Shown here: in pieces, positions 38,998 to 49,187 of the stretch
Numbering within the stretch: the first letter of the stretch is position 1
How the letters are laid out: each line of letters starts with the position of its first letter
Assembly (NCBI GenBank): GCA_048940925.1
Contig: JBHLOC010000001.1
Location: forward strand, 1 to 64,000
Source of the DNA: Promethearchaeota archaeon
Lineage (GTDB): Archaea; Asgardarchaeota; Lokiarchaeia; Sigyniarchaeales; SOKP01
Direction of reading: 5' to 3'
Length of the DNA stretch: 64,000 bases
The notes under the pieces: generated by a model
Told to the model about the DNA's origin: nothing
Database searches by the model: none
The model's input: only the letters and a program-made list of their open reading frames with translations
Program-made: the position numbers and the translations under genes

Positions 38998-40230
38998 ATG
39001 ATTAAAAATATTGATAAGGGGAATACTTTATTGGTAAAAGGACCTGCTAGAATAACTGTTTTGGAGGGTAAAATAGACGTATTTAGTAAGATTTTTCTTC
39101 CCTTAAAAAAAAGAGATAGTCAAGTTGAATTTGATATTGAAGAGAAAAATGTAATGATAATTCAAAGTGCCCAAATCTTTCCTTTATATGCACAACAGAA
39201 TTCAAAATTAGAAATTTACACTAATGTTGAAGAAAATCTTAATATAGTAGAGGAAAATTCTGTTATTCCTGAATGGGCTGAAATTAAAGATGAAATTATC
39301 AAAAAGTTAAAAGAGGCACCTGATTCAAATTTAAAAATAATGGTATTAGGAATTAGTAGCGGAAAAACAACTCTTATTAAGTATTTAGCTAATAGTTTTA
39401 TAAAAGAGGGTCTAAAAGGAGGTTATCTTGATTCTGATCTTGGACAACAAATAATTTATCTTCCAACAACATTAAATATTGGTTCAATTAAGGACTATAT
39501 TATATCAAGTGAAGATGTCAATTCTGAAGAAACAGTTTTTATAGGAAACACTTTTCCAAAAGGAAATTATAAATTTATTGTTTCTCTTTCTTGTAAGAAA
39601 TTAATCGACAGATATTTTGAAAAAAATAAACATACTGATTTCGTCTTAATCGATACAGATGGTTGGATCAAAACTGAAGCAGGTATACTCTACAAAAATT
39701 TTTTCATAAAAACAGTTGATCCAGATATCCTGATCATATTTCATGATGATACAATTGAAGAACTAAAAGAAATAGAAAAGACAGCATCAAAATTAAGAAA
39801 AGATAGAAAAATCTACTTGATAAAGGAGATAAACAAATATTTTTATGATAAAAATAAAGAAGAGAGAAGATTCTTGAGACAAAGTCAATTTTCCAAAAAA
39901 TTTGAAGAGTTTAGAAAAATTTCAATTCCATTAGAAGATATAGAATTTATAAAAATGGATTATGATAAAGATAATGATACTTTGATTGAAAAGAAAATTG
40001 ATATTAATGAACTCATTAATCTTCCTTATCATTATGTTATAATAGGCTTATTTACAGAGAATTCTGAATTAATAGAAATAGGTCTTCTTTTTACTGTAAA
40101 TATTGAGAAAAACTACATATTACTTTACTCAAACTTGAGTTATAAACAACAAATTCAAGTGAAAAAAATTTCACTTGGGAGCCTGAGATTATCAATAAAA
40201 GGGAATCATCAAGGATATTTATATTTATGA
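38998..40230 (+). CDS. Clp1/Grc3-family polynucleotide 5'-OH kinase
   Basis: LLVKGPA, SGKTT, DSDLGQ, IDTDGWI and EERRFLR motifs. Confidence 0.85.
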   Translation: MIKNIDKGNTLLVKGPARITVLEGKIDVFSKIFLPLKKRDSQVEFDIEEKNVMIIQSAQIFPLYAQQNSKLEIYTNVEENLNIVEENSVIPEWAEIKDEIIKKLKEAPDSNLKIMVLGISSGKTTLIKYLANSFIKEGLKGGYLDSDLGQQIIYLPTTLNIGSIKDYIISSEDVNSEETVFIGNTFPKGNYKFIVSLSCKKLIDRYFEKNKHTDFVLIDTDGWIKTEAGILYKNFFIKTVDPDILIIFHDDTIEELKEIEKTASKLRKDRKIYLIKEINKYFYDKNKEERRFLRQSQFSKKFEEFRKISIPLEDIEFIKMDYDKDNDTLIEKKIDINELINLPYHYVIIGLFTENSELIEIGLLFTVNIEKNYILLYSNLSYKQQIQVKKISLGSLRLSIKGNHQGYLYL

Positions 40231-40389
40231 TCATATCTTTAAAGACTTGAGAAAATTAAACAATTCAAATTTTTCTATTTTATTAATACATAAAGAAAGA
40301 GACTTTTTTTAGTAATGAGTAAAAAAATATAAAAAAAGATTGAATTAAAATTAATATAACATAAGTATATTGTCTTTTATTGATTTTTA

Positions 40390-41829
40390 ATGGAAGAAAA
40401 TTTGCTAAATAAATTTCTTAAGCTAATGTCTACTAGTATATCAGATTCTGATCTAGATCTAGTACAATTAGGACATTCATTAGGACTTAATTTAGTATCA
40501 TTTGCGGAATTAAGGGCTTCACAAGAAAATTCATTTATTGATTTGGTGAGAAGGAGAGCTTTAGAGAAAATGAAGAAAGATAATGATAATTTTCTTATCA
40601 ATAACGATTCTTTTTATGTTGGTAGTATCGATTTTATGGTTTCTGATGAACCAGATGGTAAAAGGTTTTTCTTATTAGAAACAAATGGAGGATCTCATCG
40701 GGGACTTTCCATAATCTCAAAAAAACAACAAGAACTATTATTTAATGGATATCTTGAAGCAATTAATCATGCAATTAGATTAAATAACCATGACATTGAT
40801 AAGGTATTTATATTAGTTGGGGTGCCTGTCAATGATGCATTAATTCACGAAAAAGTTATTATGATTGAATACTTTAGAAAAGCTTTAAAATCAAAATTTT
40901 ATTCAGTTAAAATTTTTAATACAGGAAACTATGATAAAGAATTTAAAGCTGATATTGTCTTTTTAATTGCTGATTATAAACAGCTTTCTAATAATCTCTC
41001 ATTTTCTAATAATTGGGTTAAATATAAGGGTGAAGAAGTAAGTGTTTTAATAGGGGATGGAATTGCTAGACGTTTTAATGATGAGAAATTCATAACACAA
41101 ATTAAAGAAAATTACCATCAAATTAACACTATTATTGTCAATCCCATATATAGAATCACCGATGATAAATCTTTAACATACTTGGCTAGTTATTTCTGTA
41201 AAGATATTTTAGAAAAATATAACCTTAGATACCTTCTATTCACTAAAGCATTTAGTGAAGCAGATTTACTAGAAAAGCTACAATATTTATTAAAAAAGTA
41301 TAGAAAATCATTTGTTATTAAACCTAGTGGAGGTTCAGGGGGTGCAGGAATAATTCCAGTATCTAGAGATGAAGATTCTGCAAGTATTAAAAACATAATT
41401 GAAGAGAGCAAGAAAGAATTTTTTGCAAAGTTTATGAAAAACCGTAATCCTTTTCCCTATACTATTCAAGAAAAGGCAAATTTTTCATTGATTGATTGGC
41501 AGAATAAAAAACATACTTTTGATTTAAGAATATATTTAACTCAACGAAATAATATGATAATCCCCATAGGGGGATTAGCTAGAATTGCACGTGGAAATTA
41601 TATTAATGGTTTAAAGAAACAGGAATTTGTAGTAAATTTATCTGGGTATAATGGTCAAATCGAAGTTAAGAGAGGAATTGGGTTCTCAGAAAAAAATTGT
41701 AAAGTATTAAATTTGATTAATGATGATTTAGTAAACATGTTTTGTATTGGTTGTGTATTGTTTGCTTATATGGTAAGAAATTACGAAAAAATTATAAATT
41801 TCTCTGATTGGAATACAATTGTTGATTAA
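40390..41829 (+). CDS. circularly permuted ATP-grasp amide/peptide ligase
   Basis: N-terminal GSIDFM...LLETNG (metal-binding ExN) precedes VIKPSGGSGGAGI, IQEK, FDLRIY, GGLARIA and VVNLS. Confidence 0.8.
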   Translation: MEENLLNKFLKLMSTSISDSDLDLVQLGHSLGLNLVSFAELRASQENSFIDLVRRRALEKMKKDNDNFLINNDSFYVGSIDFMVSDEPDGKRFFLLETNGGSHRGLSIISKKQQELLFNGYLEAINHAIRLNNHDIDKVFILVGVPVNDALIHEKVIMIEYFRKALKSKFYSVKIFNTGNYDKEFKADIVFLIADYKQLSNNLSFSNNWVKYKGEEVSVLIGDGIARRFNDEKFITQIKENYHQINTIIVNPIYRITDDKSLTYLASYFCKDILEKYNLRYLLFTKAFSEADLLEKLQYLLKKYRKSFVIKPSGGSGGAGIIPVSRDEDSASIKNIIEESKKEFFAKFMKNRNPFPYTIQEKANFSLIDWQNKKHTFDLRIYLTQRNNMIIPIGGLARIARGNYINGLKKQEFVVNLSGYNGQIEVKRGIGFSEKNCKVLNLINDDLVNMFCIGCVLFAYMVRNYEKIINFSDWNTIVD

Positions 41830-41832
41830 ACT

Positions 41833-42999
41833 TTGGTGAGCTTAGAAACTTTAAAAGAATTATTAGATCTGCAAAATAGATACAAATTATACGAAAAAAT
41901 CTTAAATAAATTTAAGGAATTTAGTAAATTAGATGATTTAAGTTATTTAGAATTTGAGATCTCTGAAGGAAAAGTTCCAATTATTATTATCTCAAAAAAT
42001 TCGAATTTAAATAAAGTTAAGTTTGTAAAGGTGTTTGTGGGTGCACAACATAATGAATACAATGGATTATTTGGGATTTTGGAATTTCTTAATATGATTG
42101 AAACATCAAAGATTTCTATAAATGATATTATATTAAATTTTCAGATTCTAATTTTTGCTCCATTAATGAATCCCTATGGATTCTTATATCCTTCAAAAGA
42201 TAATAAATCAGGATATTATTTAGAAAATGGTAGAAATCTGAATCGTTTTTGGAGGAAAACTTTTGTCCCGGAATATAGTAAAGGAAAAAATGATATAAAT
42301 CAATTAGATATTCCAGAACATGCAAAAATCATAAAAAGCTTATTGGAAAAATACTGGAAAAATGAAGATATATCAATATATATACTTGATTTTCATGAAA
42401 CTTCTCTTCTTAAAAGATCTTCGATAGACTTGATTGAAAATCTAAAAATAGATTCAGTTACATACAAATTTTCACATTGGCTTAAGGAAGCTATAGTCTA
42501 TAACATTATTAAACTCTACAATATAGCTTATTATAAGAAACCTTTATTTTTTAAATGTAACCCTAATTCTAATCATACTCATATAAATTTATCAGTTAAA
42601 CAGTTAGATAAAGTATATGAACGATTGAAAGAGTATATATCTAGAAATTATAATAAACTATCATTCTACTTTTGTTATAGCAAAAAGAGCAAGGAATATT
42701 GTATGAAGCTTGCTCAAAACGTTTATAAAAAGTTAAAAGATTCATTATGGGAAACCTGTTTTCCAGCATTTAGTCATCACTTTCAAGACCATGGATGTCT
42801 AGTAAATATGAATGATGCTACAAACCGAAAAAGTATATTTTCCATGGAATTAGAGTCTGAAAAACAGTTTTTTGACATTTTCAAGGAAATTGAGAAATGT
42901 AAAAAAGATATAAATTATTTTAATGAGAAACTTAAAAAAATTAATGCAAGTATTACATTGGTTATCGAATCAATAAACGAAATGATCAAGCTTTTTTAA
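41833..42999 (+). CDS. M14-like zinc carboxypeptidase/deacylase
   Basis: GAQHNE, PLMNPYG, GRNLNRFW, LDFHE and SMELE motifs. Confidence 0.75.
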   Translation: MVSLETLKELLDLQNRYKLYEKILNKFKEFSKLDDLSYLEFEISEGKVPIIIISKNSNLNKVKFVKVFVGAQHNEYNGLFGILEFLNMIETSKISINDIILNFQILIFAPLMNPYGFLYPSKDNKSGYYLENGRNLNRFWRKTFVPEYSKGKNDINQLDIPEHAKIIKSLLEKYWKNEDISIYILDFHETSLLKRSSIDLIENLKIDSVTYKFSHWLKEAIVYNIIKLYNIAYYKKPLFFKCNPNSNHTHINLSVKQLDKVYERLKEYISRNYNKLSFYFCYSKKSKEYCMKLAQNVYKKLKDSLWETCFPAFSHHFQDHGCLVNMNDATNRKSIFSMELESEKQFFDIFKEIEKCKKDINYFNEKLKKINASITLVIESINEMIKLF

Positions 43000-43068
43000 T
43001 TCTAATATTCCAGAACTAAAGTTTATTCTTTAATTAATGGATTCTATTAATTTTAATATATTAGAACT

Positions 43069-43212
43069 TTATTTAGTTAAACAGTTAATGTGGTAATAAA
43101 AAGTTTCTTTACCAATAGATTTTCTAAAGTTAAGGTCTCTTAATGTGAACTGAAATGCATATTTTAAACTTACTTTTTCAATTTCTTTACCACAGATTTT
43201 ACATTTATATAT
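43069..43212 (-). CDS. 47-aa CxxC...HxxC (PARP-type-like) zinc-finger protein, not in the ORF track
   Basis: (M)YKCKICGKEIEK...FYYHINCLTK*. The only candidate start is ATA immediately after an in-frame TAA. Confidence 0.55.
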   Translation of the reverse strand: MYKCKICGKEIEKVSLKYAFQFTLRDLNFRKSIGKETFYYHINCLTK

Positions 43213-43313
43213 TTAAATTTCAGAAACTCTATATAATATGGATTTTTTAAGTTATTTTAAAAGGGTTCTATTTAAACTCCACAATTAAAGTTGAGTATTC
43301 ATTGATTTATCAA

Positions 43314-44312
43314 TTATGAATTAAAGAAGCTAAGCGTAGCACCTACTAATGAGCTTTCATTTTTCTTGTGAGAGTGCCCTCCTTTTCTCAAGATGATTAG
43401 ATTTTTTTCAGGAGTCTCTAGAAGTATTCTATTTTCTTCAAAATTTTTGAACTTTATAATTTTATCATTTTTACAATGAACCAACATTACTCTTCTTGAT
43501 AATTTTTTCCATTCTTCTTCAGTAAGGTCTTTTTTAGCATTCTTGATTACTAAGTATGGAGATAATTTCTCGTTTTCTTCCTTATTTGGGAATAATTTTA
43601 CATGTTTTAGGAAATAACTTAACATTACTACAGGATTATATTTTGGAATATTTTGTTTGTAATAAGACATTGATGAGATAGCAATAATTTTTTTAATTTT
43701 ATGGTTTAAAAAACCTCCACATAAAGTAGTTATTGCTCCAATACTAAAACCAATACTAAAGATTTTGAATTTAGAGAATTCCTTTTCTAGATTTATCCAC
43801 TCAATTACTTTCTTAAAATCTTCTATTCGATTTAAAAAATCACTTCTTTTCCCTAATCTTTTAGACTTTCCTGTTCCTCTAGCATCATACGTCAAAACAA
43901 CATATCCTTGGTAAGCTAATGGAAAGCAATAATACTGTAGTGATTCTTTTGTATCAGAGAATCCATGACAAATTACTATTATTGAGTTTTTTAATTTAAC
44001 TTTTGCTGAATTTCGATTTTTAATAATATTTGCTGTCAAAGTTCCATCCTTTAAATCAATTTTTACTTCAGAAACTTCAATCTCCTTAGAGCTGAGGTTA
44101 ATCCAACGATCAAACCAGAGATCTCGAAATGACCAATAAATTTCAAAGGGAGTATAAATTATTAAAAATGTAGTTGTTGATAAAATAAAACATTCAGAAA
44201 AAGCTGTAGAATAACATGGATTTCCTAAAGAAACATTTATTTGCCAAATAAATAAACTAAATAAAACATCAAAGAAGGCTAATATTATGCGTTTTTTAGT
44301 ATTTGAGAGCAA
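43314..44312 (-). CDS. alpha/beta hydrolase with N-terminal membrane anchors
   Basis: CHGFS, YDARGTGKS, GFSIG nucleophile elbow and GGHSH. Confidence 0.85.
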   Translation of the reverse strand: MLSNTKKRIILAFFDVLFSLFIWQINVSLGNPCYSTAFSECFILSTTTFLIIYTPFEIYWSFRDLWFDRWINLSSKEIEVSEVKIDLKDGTLTANIIKNRNSAKVKLKNSIIVICHGFSDTKESLQYYCFPLAYQGYVVLTYDARGTGKSKRLGKRSDFLNRIEDFKKVIEWINLEKEFSKFKIFSIGFSIGAITTLCGGFLNHKIKKIIAISSMSYYKQNIPKYNPVVMLSYFLKHVKLFPNKEENEKLSPYLVIKNAKKDLTEEEWKKLSRRVMLVHCKNDKIIKFKNFEENRILLETPEKNLIILRKGGHSHKKNESSLVGATLSFFNS

Positions 44313-44479
44313 CTTATTTTCCTATAAGATTATAATCTGAAGAAATCTATGTCAATAAATGCCAAATGTATAAAATTGGAACAGATATAAAAACATTTAG
44401 ATTAAATAATTAGAATAAAACCTTTTAAGTCTATTTCTTTAATTCTTAACCTGTTTTAGAGATAATACATAGTTTATTT

Positions 44480-44800
44480 TTATTTTTTAGCTTTATCAGG
44501 AGGACAACCAAAATCATCTCTAACTTTACAATCTCGCTTACTTGAGCTACCTGGACAAGGAGCGCATTTGGTTTTTCTTAATAATGCTTCAACTTCATCA
44601 ATTTCATAACCAAATGATTCATCCTCAGTTTCATTAACAAGCATATCATCTTGAATTTTATCTAAATCATACTCAACATCTTCTTCTAGGTTATCTTTCC
44701 AATCATCTAAATCTAAAACCTCATCTCCATCCTCATCTACTTTTCCGGAAGGGATTTCTAAATCATCTTCTTCAACAGGAGCACTCTTTTTTTTAGCCAT
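44480..44800 (-). CDS. highly acidic small protein with a C-terminal 4-Cys cluster
   Basis: Start taken at MAKKKS (ATG 44800). D/E-rich body followed by CAPC...C...C. Confidence 0.65.
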   Translation of the reverse strand: MAKKKSAPVEEDDLEIPSGKVDEDGDEVLDLDDWKDNLEEDVEYDLDKIQDDMLVNETEDESFGYEIDEVEALLRKTKCAPCPGSSSKRDCKVRDDFGCPPDKAKK

Positions 44801-44956
44801 GGGTTTCACATATATTGAACATATAATTTTACAATTGAAAGTTTTTAATATATAATATTTCCTAAAATTTAATTCTAATATATTTAAGGAAAGAAAAGTC
44901 AAAATTCATCTGAGTCATCCAACCTTAAATTTTTAAAAATAATTGAGATAAATCTC

Positions 44957-47026
44957 TTATGATAAATTAATATTATTGATCTCGTCAATTTGATACAAAA
45001 GAGATTTATTTTCGTGTATCATGTTTAGAAAATTCTTAACTCCATTTAAAATGTAGTCTAACTCTTCTAATGAATATGTGAAATACTTATTTATATTGTA
45101 TCGAGGCAGGAGGTATTTAAATTGAATACTTTTCAGGTTTAGTTCTGAGTATAATAATTCTCTTATTTCATTGAAATTCAGATTAGATTCTAAATAAAAA
45201 TCATCTAAATATAGTAAGTTTACTAAGCCGTTACTTATTTTTTTAAAAAATCTAATAAATCTAAATATTTCCGACTGATATTTTTCTTTTAAAAATTTTA
45301 GTTCTGATATTTCATTAGTATATTCAGAATTTAGATCATAATGTAATTGAGATAAAATTTGAAGTATTTTTCCGCAGTTTGATAAGGATGAGGGAAAATT
45401 TTGCGGTGCTGGTAGCCTTTTTATAAAACTCCCATTGAATCTTAAATAGCCTCCAGCCATATGAAGTGAACTAAACAATGTCTTAAATACTGTATCTAAT
45501 AATTTAGAGTTTAATATTGTTAGAAAACAATAAAGCTTCTTAGTGTTTATTGAAGGAATTTTAACGAAATATAAGCCAGTTATATTGGTAAAAATACCGG
45601 GGTCATACACACAGGTTAAATTTTTAGCAATTTCTCTAAAAATAATTTTTTCACTATTTAGATCTTGCCATATATGCTCAAAAGTAGGTTTATAATTAAA
45701 ATATGAAATTTCGAAATCTTTCTTGGCGATCTTTATTCTTTTATTATATTTAATATAATATTTCTCTACGTTTCCAGTCCCTATCAACAAGAGATCCTTC
45801 TCAGATCTGGGTTCTTTACTGACATTATCAAAATGCTTACTGTATTTTAAAAATCCAAAGGGTCGATAGATAATTTTTAAAGCCTTAAATGAATCTTTAA
45901 TTGATTTGTACTTATTATACAGAAATTTTATTAAATTGATATTGCCTGAAACAGGAATAACATTAGAAGGGAGACCTGTGATTAATTTCTGAGGAAATTT
46001 TATTATATTTAAACTATTATAGGTCAGAAGATCATCAAGATCATTAAATTTTGATATTGTAATCTCATTTTTATCATCATATTTACCTTTTTTAAAATAG
46101 AGAATTATTGGATAAGTTGCTGCTTTTTGAAATATATATAAAGAAGATATATTTACAATTTCCCTAATTTCAGTGTTCTTAATTAAAAGTTCTCGGATTT
46201 TAATTCCGAAATCAGCAGATAAAAATTTATTAGGTAAAATAAATGAAAGATAGCCATTTTCTTTCAATAATTCAATGGATTTTTCAATAAATACAATAGA
46301 AAGATCAAATAATTTATATGCAGATTTGAAATTTTCATATAATTTTCTTTTATACTCAAAATCTTTTATCTTCTTATTTTCAACATAAGGAGGATTTCCG
46401 AGGATTATATCAAACTTTTTAAATTCAAAGTCTAAAAGAAAATCTAAGTGATATATGTTAAGATTAATTTCATTTTTATTAATTATTAGATTAACTTTTT
46501 CTAGGCTTAAGCCTTTTTGATTGAAATTATGAAAGTTATATTTTTTCTCATTTCCAGAAAAAAGCCAAGAAAACAATCGTAATTTTGTGATAATATAAGC
46601 AGATTTGTCAATATCAATGCCATAAATATTATTTTGTATTATTTTTCTTTTTGTTTCATAGTTATTTAATCCAGTTTTTATAATTTTCCAAAATTGATAA
46701 AGTGTTTCAGCAGTAGATATAATAAATCTTCCAGAACCACATGCAGGGTCCAATATCTTAATATTTCTTAGTTTTTCAATAAAATTCTTTTTAAATTTAT
46801 CATTTTTAGATGATCTTTGCTTAATATAATAATAAAAAGAACCTAAATTAGAACAATCTGGAAAATTGAAATATTCTTTGAAGTATATTTTAAAAATATT
46901 AAAAACTATATTATCCACTACAGGTTTTGGTGTATAAATTATTCCAATGTTCCTATTATTAGTTGCTTTATTTTCAAAATCTATGATAACCTTCTTTATG
47001 TAAGTAAAAAAATCTTGAGCCGGCAA
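44957..47026 (-). CDS. N6-adenine DNA methyltransferase (Eco57I/TaqI-like gamma class)
   Basis: YTP, LDPACGSG, GNPPY and a TaqI_C-like LNSKL...GGYLRF region. Confidence 0.88.
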   Translation of the reverse strand: MPAQDFFTYIKKVIIDFENKATNNRNIGIIYTPKPVVDNIVFNIFKIYFKEYFNFPDCSNLGSFYYYIKQRSSKNDKFKKNFIEKLRNIKILDPACGSGRFIISTAETLYQFWKIIKTGLNNYETKRKIIQNNIYGIDIDKSAYIITKLRLFSWLFSGNEKKYNFHNFNQKGLSLEKVNLIINKNEINLNIYHLDFLLDFEFKKFDIILGNPPYVENKKIKDFEYKRKLYENFKSAYKLFDLSIVFIEKSIELLKENGYLSFILPNKFLSADFGIKIRELLIKNTEIREIVNISSLYIFQKAATYPIILYFKKGKYDDKNEITISKFNDLDDLLTYNSLNIIKFPQKLITGLPSNVIPVSGNINLIKFLYNKYKSIKDSFKALKIIYRPFGFLKYSKHFDNVSKEPRSEKDLLLIGTGNVEKYYIKYNKRIKIAKKDFEISYFNYKPTFEHIWQDLNSEKIIFREIAKNLTCVYDPGIFTNITGLYFVKIPSINTKKLYCFLTILNSKLLDTVFKTLFSSLHMAGGYLRFNGSFIKRLPAPQNFPSSLSNCGKILQILSQLHYDLNSEYTNEISELKFLKEKYQSEIFRFIRFFKKISNGLVNLLYLDDFYLESNLNFNEIRELLYSELNLKSIQFKYLLPRYNINKYFTYSLEELDYILNGVKNFLNMIHENKSLLYQIDEINNINLS

Positions 47027-47155
47027 TTTTATTATTGGGAATTAAATTTTCTATTAATTTTGTTTTTATTTTAAATTTCCTTACTAATAAAAATTATAGA
47101 AACAATATTAAAAATAAGAAAAAAATATGATATCGAATTTGTACTAAGATAAATT

Positions 47156-48055
47156 TTGTTTGAATATAAAGATTTAAAGGATATGATTAAAAATCCACAG
47201 TTGTTTTCTAAATTAGAATTTAATGTTATTTCCAAAATTCTGTCAGAAGCTAAAAAAGTATTTGAAAATGAAAATATAATGTTAGAATTTAATTTAGATA
47301 ATGAAGATAAGAAAGTTTATGTAATTGGAGATATTCATGGAAATTTGGAGACATTAGTGAAATTAATTGAATTAATAGAGGAACAAAATCCAGAACTGGT
47401 TATATTTCTGGGAGATATCGTTGATCGAGGACTTAAACAGCTAGAATGTTTATTGATTGTATTAACTTTAAAAATTCTTAATCCTCAGAAATTTTATCTA
47501 CTTAGAGGAAATCATGAGACTCTCGAAATGAATAAATATTATGGCTTTTTTCAGGATTTTATGCATAAGTTCAAAGATTCTATAAAATTCAATGAAATCT
47601 TAACAGTTTATGATGTACTCCCTATATGCGTGTTAATTAATAGGACCATTTTATGTCTACATGGAGGGATCCCTCAAGATACTGAAATTCTTACAAAGTT
47701 AAAAGGTTATAAAACTAAAGATATGACAAGAATATATAAATCAATCTCTAAAGGTGTTTTTCAAATTATGTGGAATGATCCTAAATCAGAATTACAAGGT
47801 TTTGTTAACAGTTTTCGAGGTTCGGGGATTTTCTTTTTTGGCGAAGAAGTTTTTAATGATTTCATGAGGATTAACAATCTAGAATATCTTATTAGAGCAC
47901 ATGAATGTTTTCCAGAGGGATATCGTTGGTTTTTCAATAAAAAATTATTATCAATATTTTCTTCAGCAAATTATAGAGGATCTTATTCACCAAATCCAGC
48001 ATCATATGCAATCATAAGAAACAATGAAATATTTCCAAAAATATTATATTTATAA
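47156..48055 (+). CDS. PPP-family Ser/Thr protein phosphatase
   Basis: GDIHG, GDIVDRG, RGNHE, HGG, RAHE and FSSANY motifs. Confidence 0.92.
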   Translation: MFEYKDLKDMIKNPQLFSKLEFNVISKILSEAKKVFENENIMLEFNLDNEDKKVYVIGDIHGNLETLVKLIELIEEQNPELVIFLGDIVDRGLKQLECLLIVLTLKILNPQKFYLLRGNHETLEMNKYYGFFQDFMHKFKDSIKFNEILTVYDVLPICVLINRTILCLHGGIPQDTEILTKLKGYKTKDMTRIYKSISKGVFQIMWNDPKSELQGFVNSFRGSGIFFFGEEVFNDFMRINNLEYLIRAHECFPEGYRWFFNKKLLSIFSSANYRGSYSPNPASYAIIRNNEIFPKILYL

Positions 48056-48187
48056 CAAAATAAACTAGATCTGTTTGAATATCCTATAATCTAATTAAAA
48101 CTTCTCTTTTTATGTGATTTGAGAAGAGTTGGTTTTAATATACAAGGGATTTTATTCATATAGAATAAAAGAGCTTATAACCTTAGA

Positions 48188-48451
48188 TTAAGTGATTTGT
48201 GATGCATCAGGTTTTATGAAGAGTAGATTATTACCACGTATGAAAATCTCGTTATATTTCGCTACAGGGTTACCGTCTAATATTTCTGTAGCCGATTCTA
48301 ATATCATATTCATGTAAGCATCGATTTCTTTCAATAAACCTCTATATTCGGTTCCATCTTTTAATCTGAGTAAAATGATGGAATTTTGAGCATTCTGAAG
48401 TATTGTTAGAGGGTTCTTTGACCTCTGCTGATTATTATTTCTTGTTGACAT
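48188..48451 (-). CDS. Sm-like (Lsm) protein
   Basis: LKDGTEYRGLL..ID.YMNMIL (Sm1) and IFIRGNNL (Sm2). Confidence 0.92.
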   Translation of the reverse strand: MSTRNNNQQRSKNPLTILQNAQNSIILLRLKDGTEYRGLLKEIDAYMNMILESATEILDGNPVAKYNEIFIRGNNLLFIKPDASQIT

Positions 48452-48581
48452 ATTTATCCCTTTATTAAAAAAATCTTAAATATATCTATTAAAAAGATAA
48501 TTTAAAGATAGATTTTTTTGAATTAAAACCTTTCTTTATTACACATTAAAATTTGAAGATTAAATTTATCTGGTAATCTTT

Positions 48582-49169
48582 GTGGGAGATTTTTTTAAGG
48601 ATATCAATAAAAAGAAGAGAATTATTAGGAAATATAATTCTACAGCTTATTTTTATGATAAAAGGTATGCTACAATCCAAGAAATGAAATATGAAATTGC
48701 TATAAAAGAATTCAAACTCAATCGAAAAAGAATTTTAGATATGGGTTGTGGTACTGGATTGCTGTATGAATATCTAGTCAATTCAACGAAAAATTATGAG
48801 GTATCAAAGTATATCTACATAGGTATTGATATTTCTTGGAATATGTTATTAACATTTAAATCTAAAATGTCTCAAATGGGTCATTTAAATCCAATACTGA
48901 TATTATGTGACATAGAAAATTTACCAATTAGAAACAAAACCTTAGATTCAGTTTTTTCATTAACTTCTTTTCAAAACCTACCTTACATTGAGAAAGGAAT
49001 AGAAGAAATGTTGCGTGTAAGTAAAAAAGATGCAGAGCTTAAATTATCAGTTTTAAAGAAAATATGTGATCTAGTTAAATTACAAACTCTTTTTAAATCT
49101 GTAATAAAGAATTCTAAAATAATAAATATTGAAAGTTTAGAAGATTATATAATCCTTGGGAAGAAATAG
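48582..49169 (+). CDS. class I SAM-dependent methyltransferase
   Basis: ILDMGCGTG, GIDIS and CDIENLP motifs. Confidence 0.88.
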   Translation: MGDFFKDINKKKRIIRKYNSTAYFYDKRYATIQEMKYEIAIKEFKLNRKRILDMGCGTGLLYEYLVNSTKNYEVSKYIYIGIDISWNMLLTFKSKMSQMGHLNPILILCDIENLPIRNKTLDSVFSLTSFQNLPYIEKGIEEMLRVSKKDAELKLSVLKKICDLVKLQTLFKSVIKNSKIINIESLEDYIILGKK

Positions 49170-49187
49170 CAGGATTAGTTATTTTTT

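Noticed and set aside
40390-41829. Calling the ATP-grasp protein a true tubulin-tyrosine ligase/TTLL orthologue because of FDLRIY and LLETN
   Set aside because: TTL/TTLL domains are not permuted. The GGLARIA...VVNLS tail and motif order fit COG2308-type permuted ATP-grasps better, so only an analogy is claimed.
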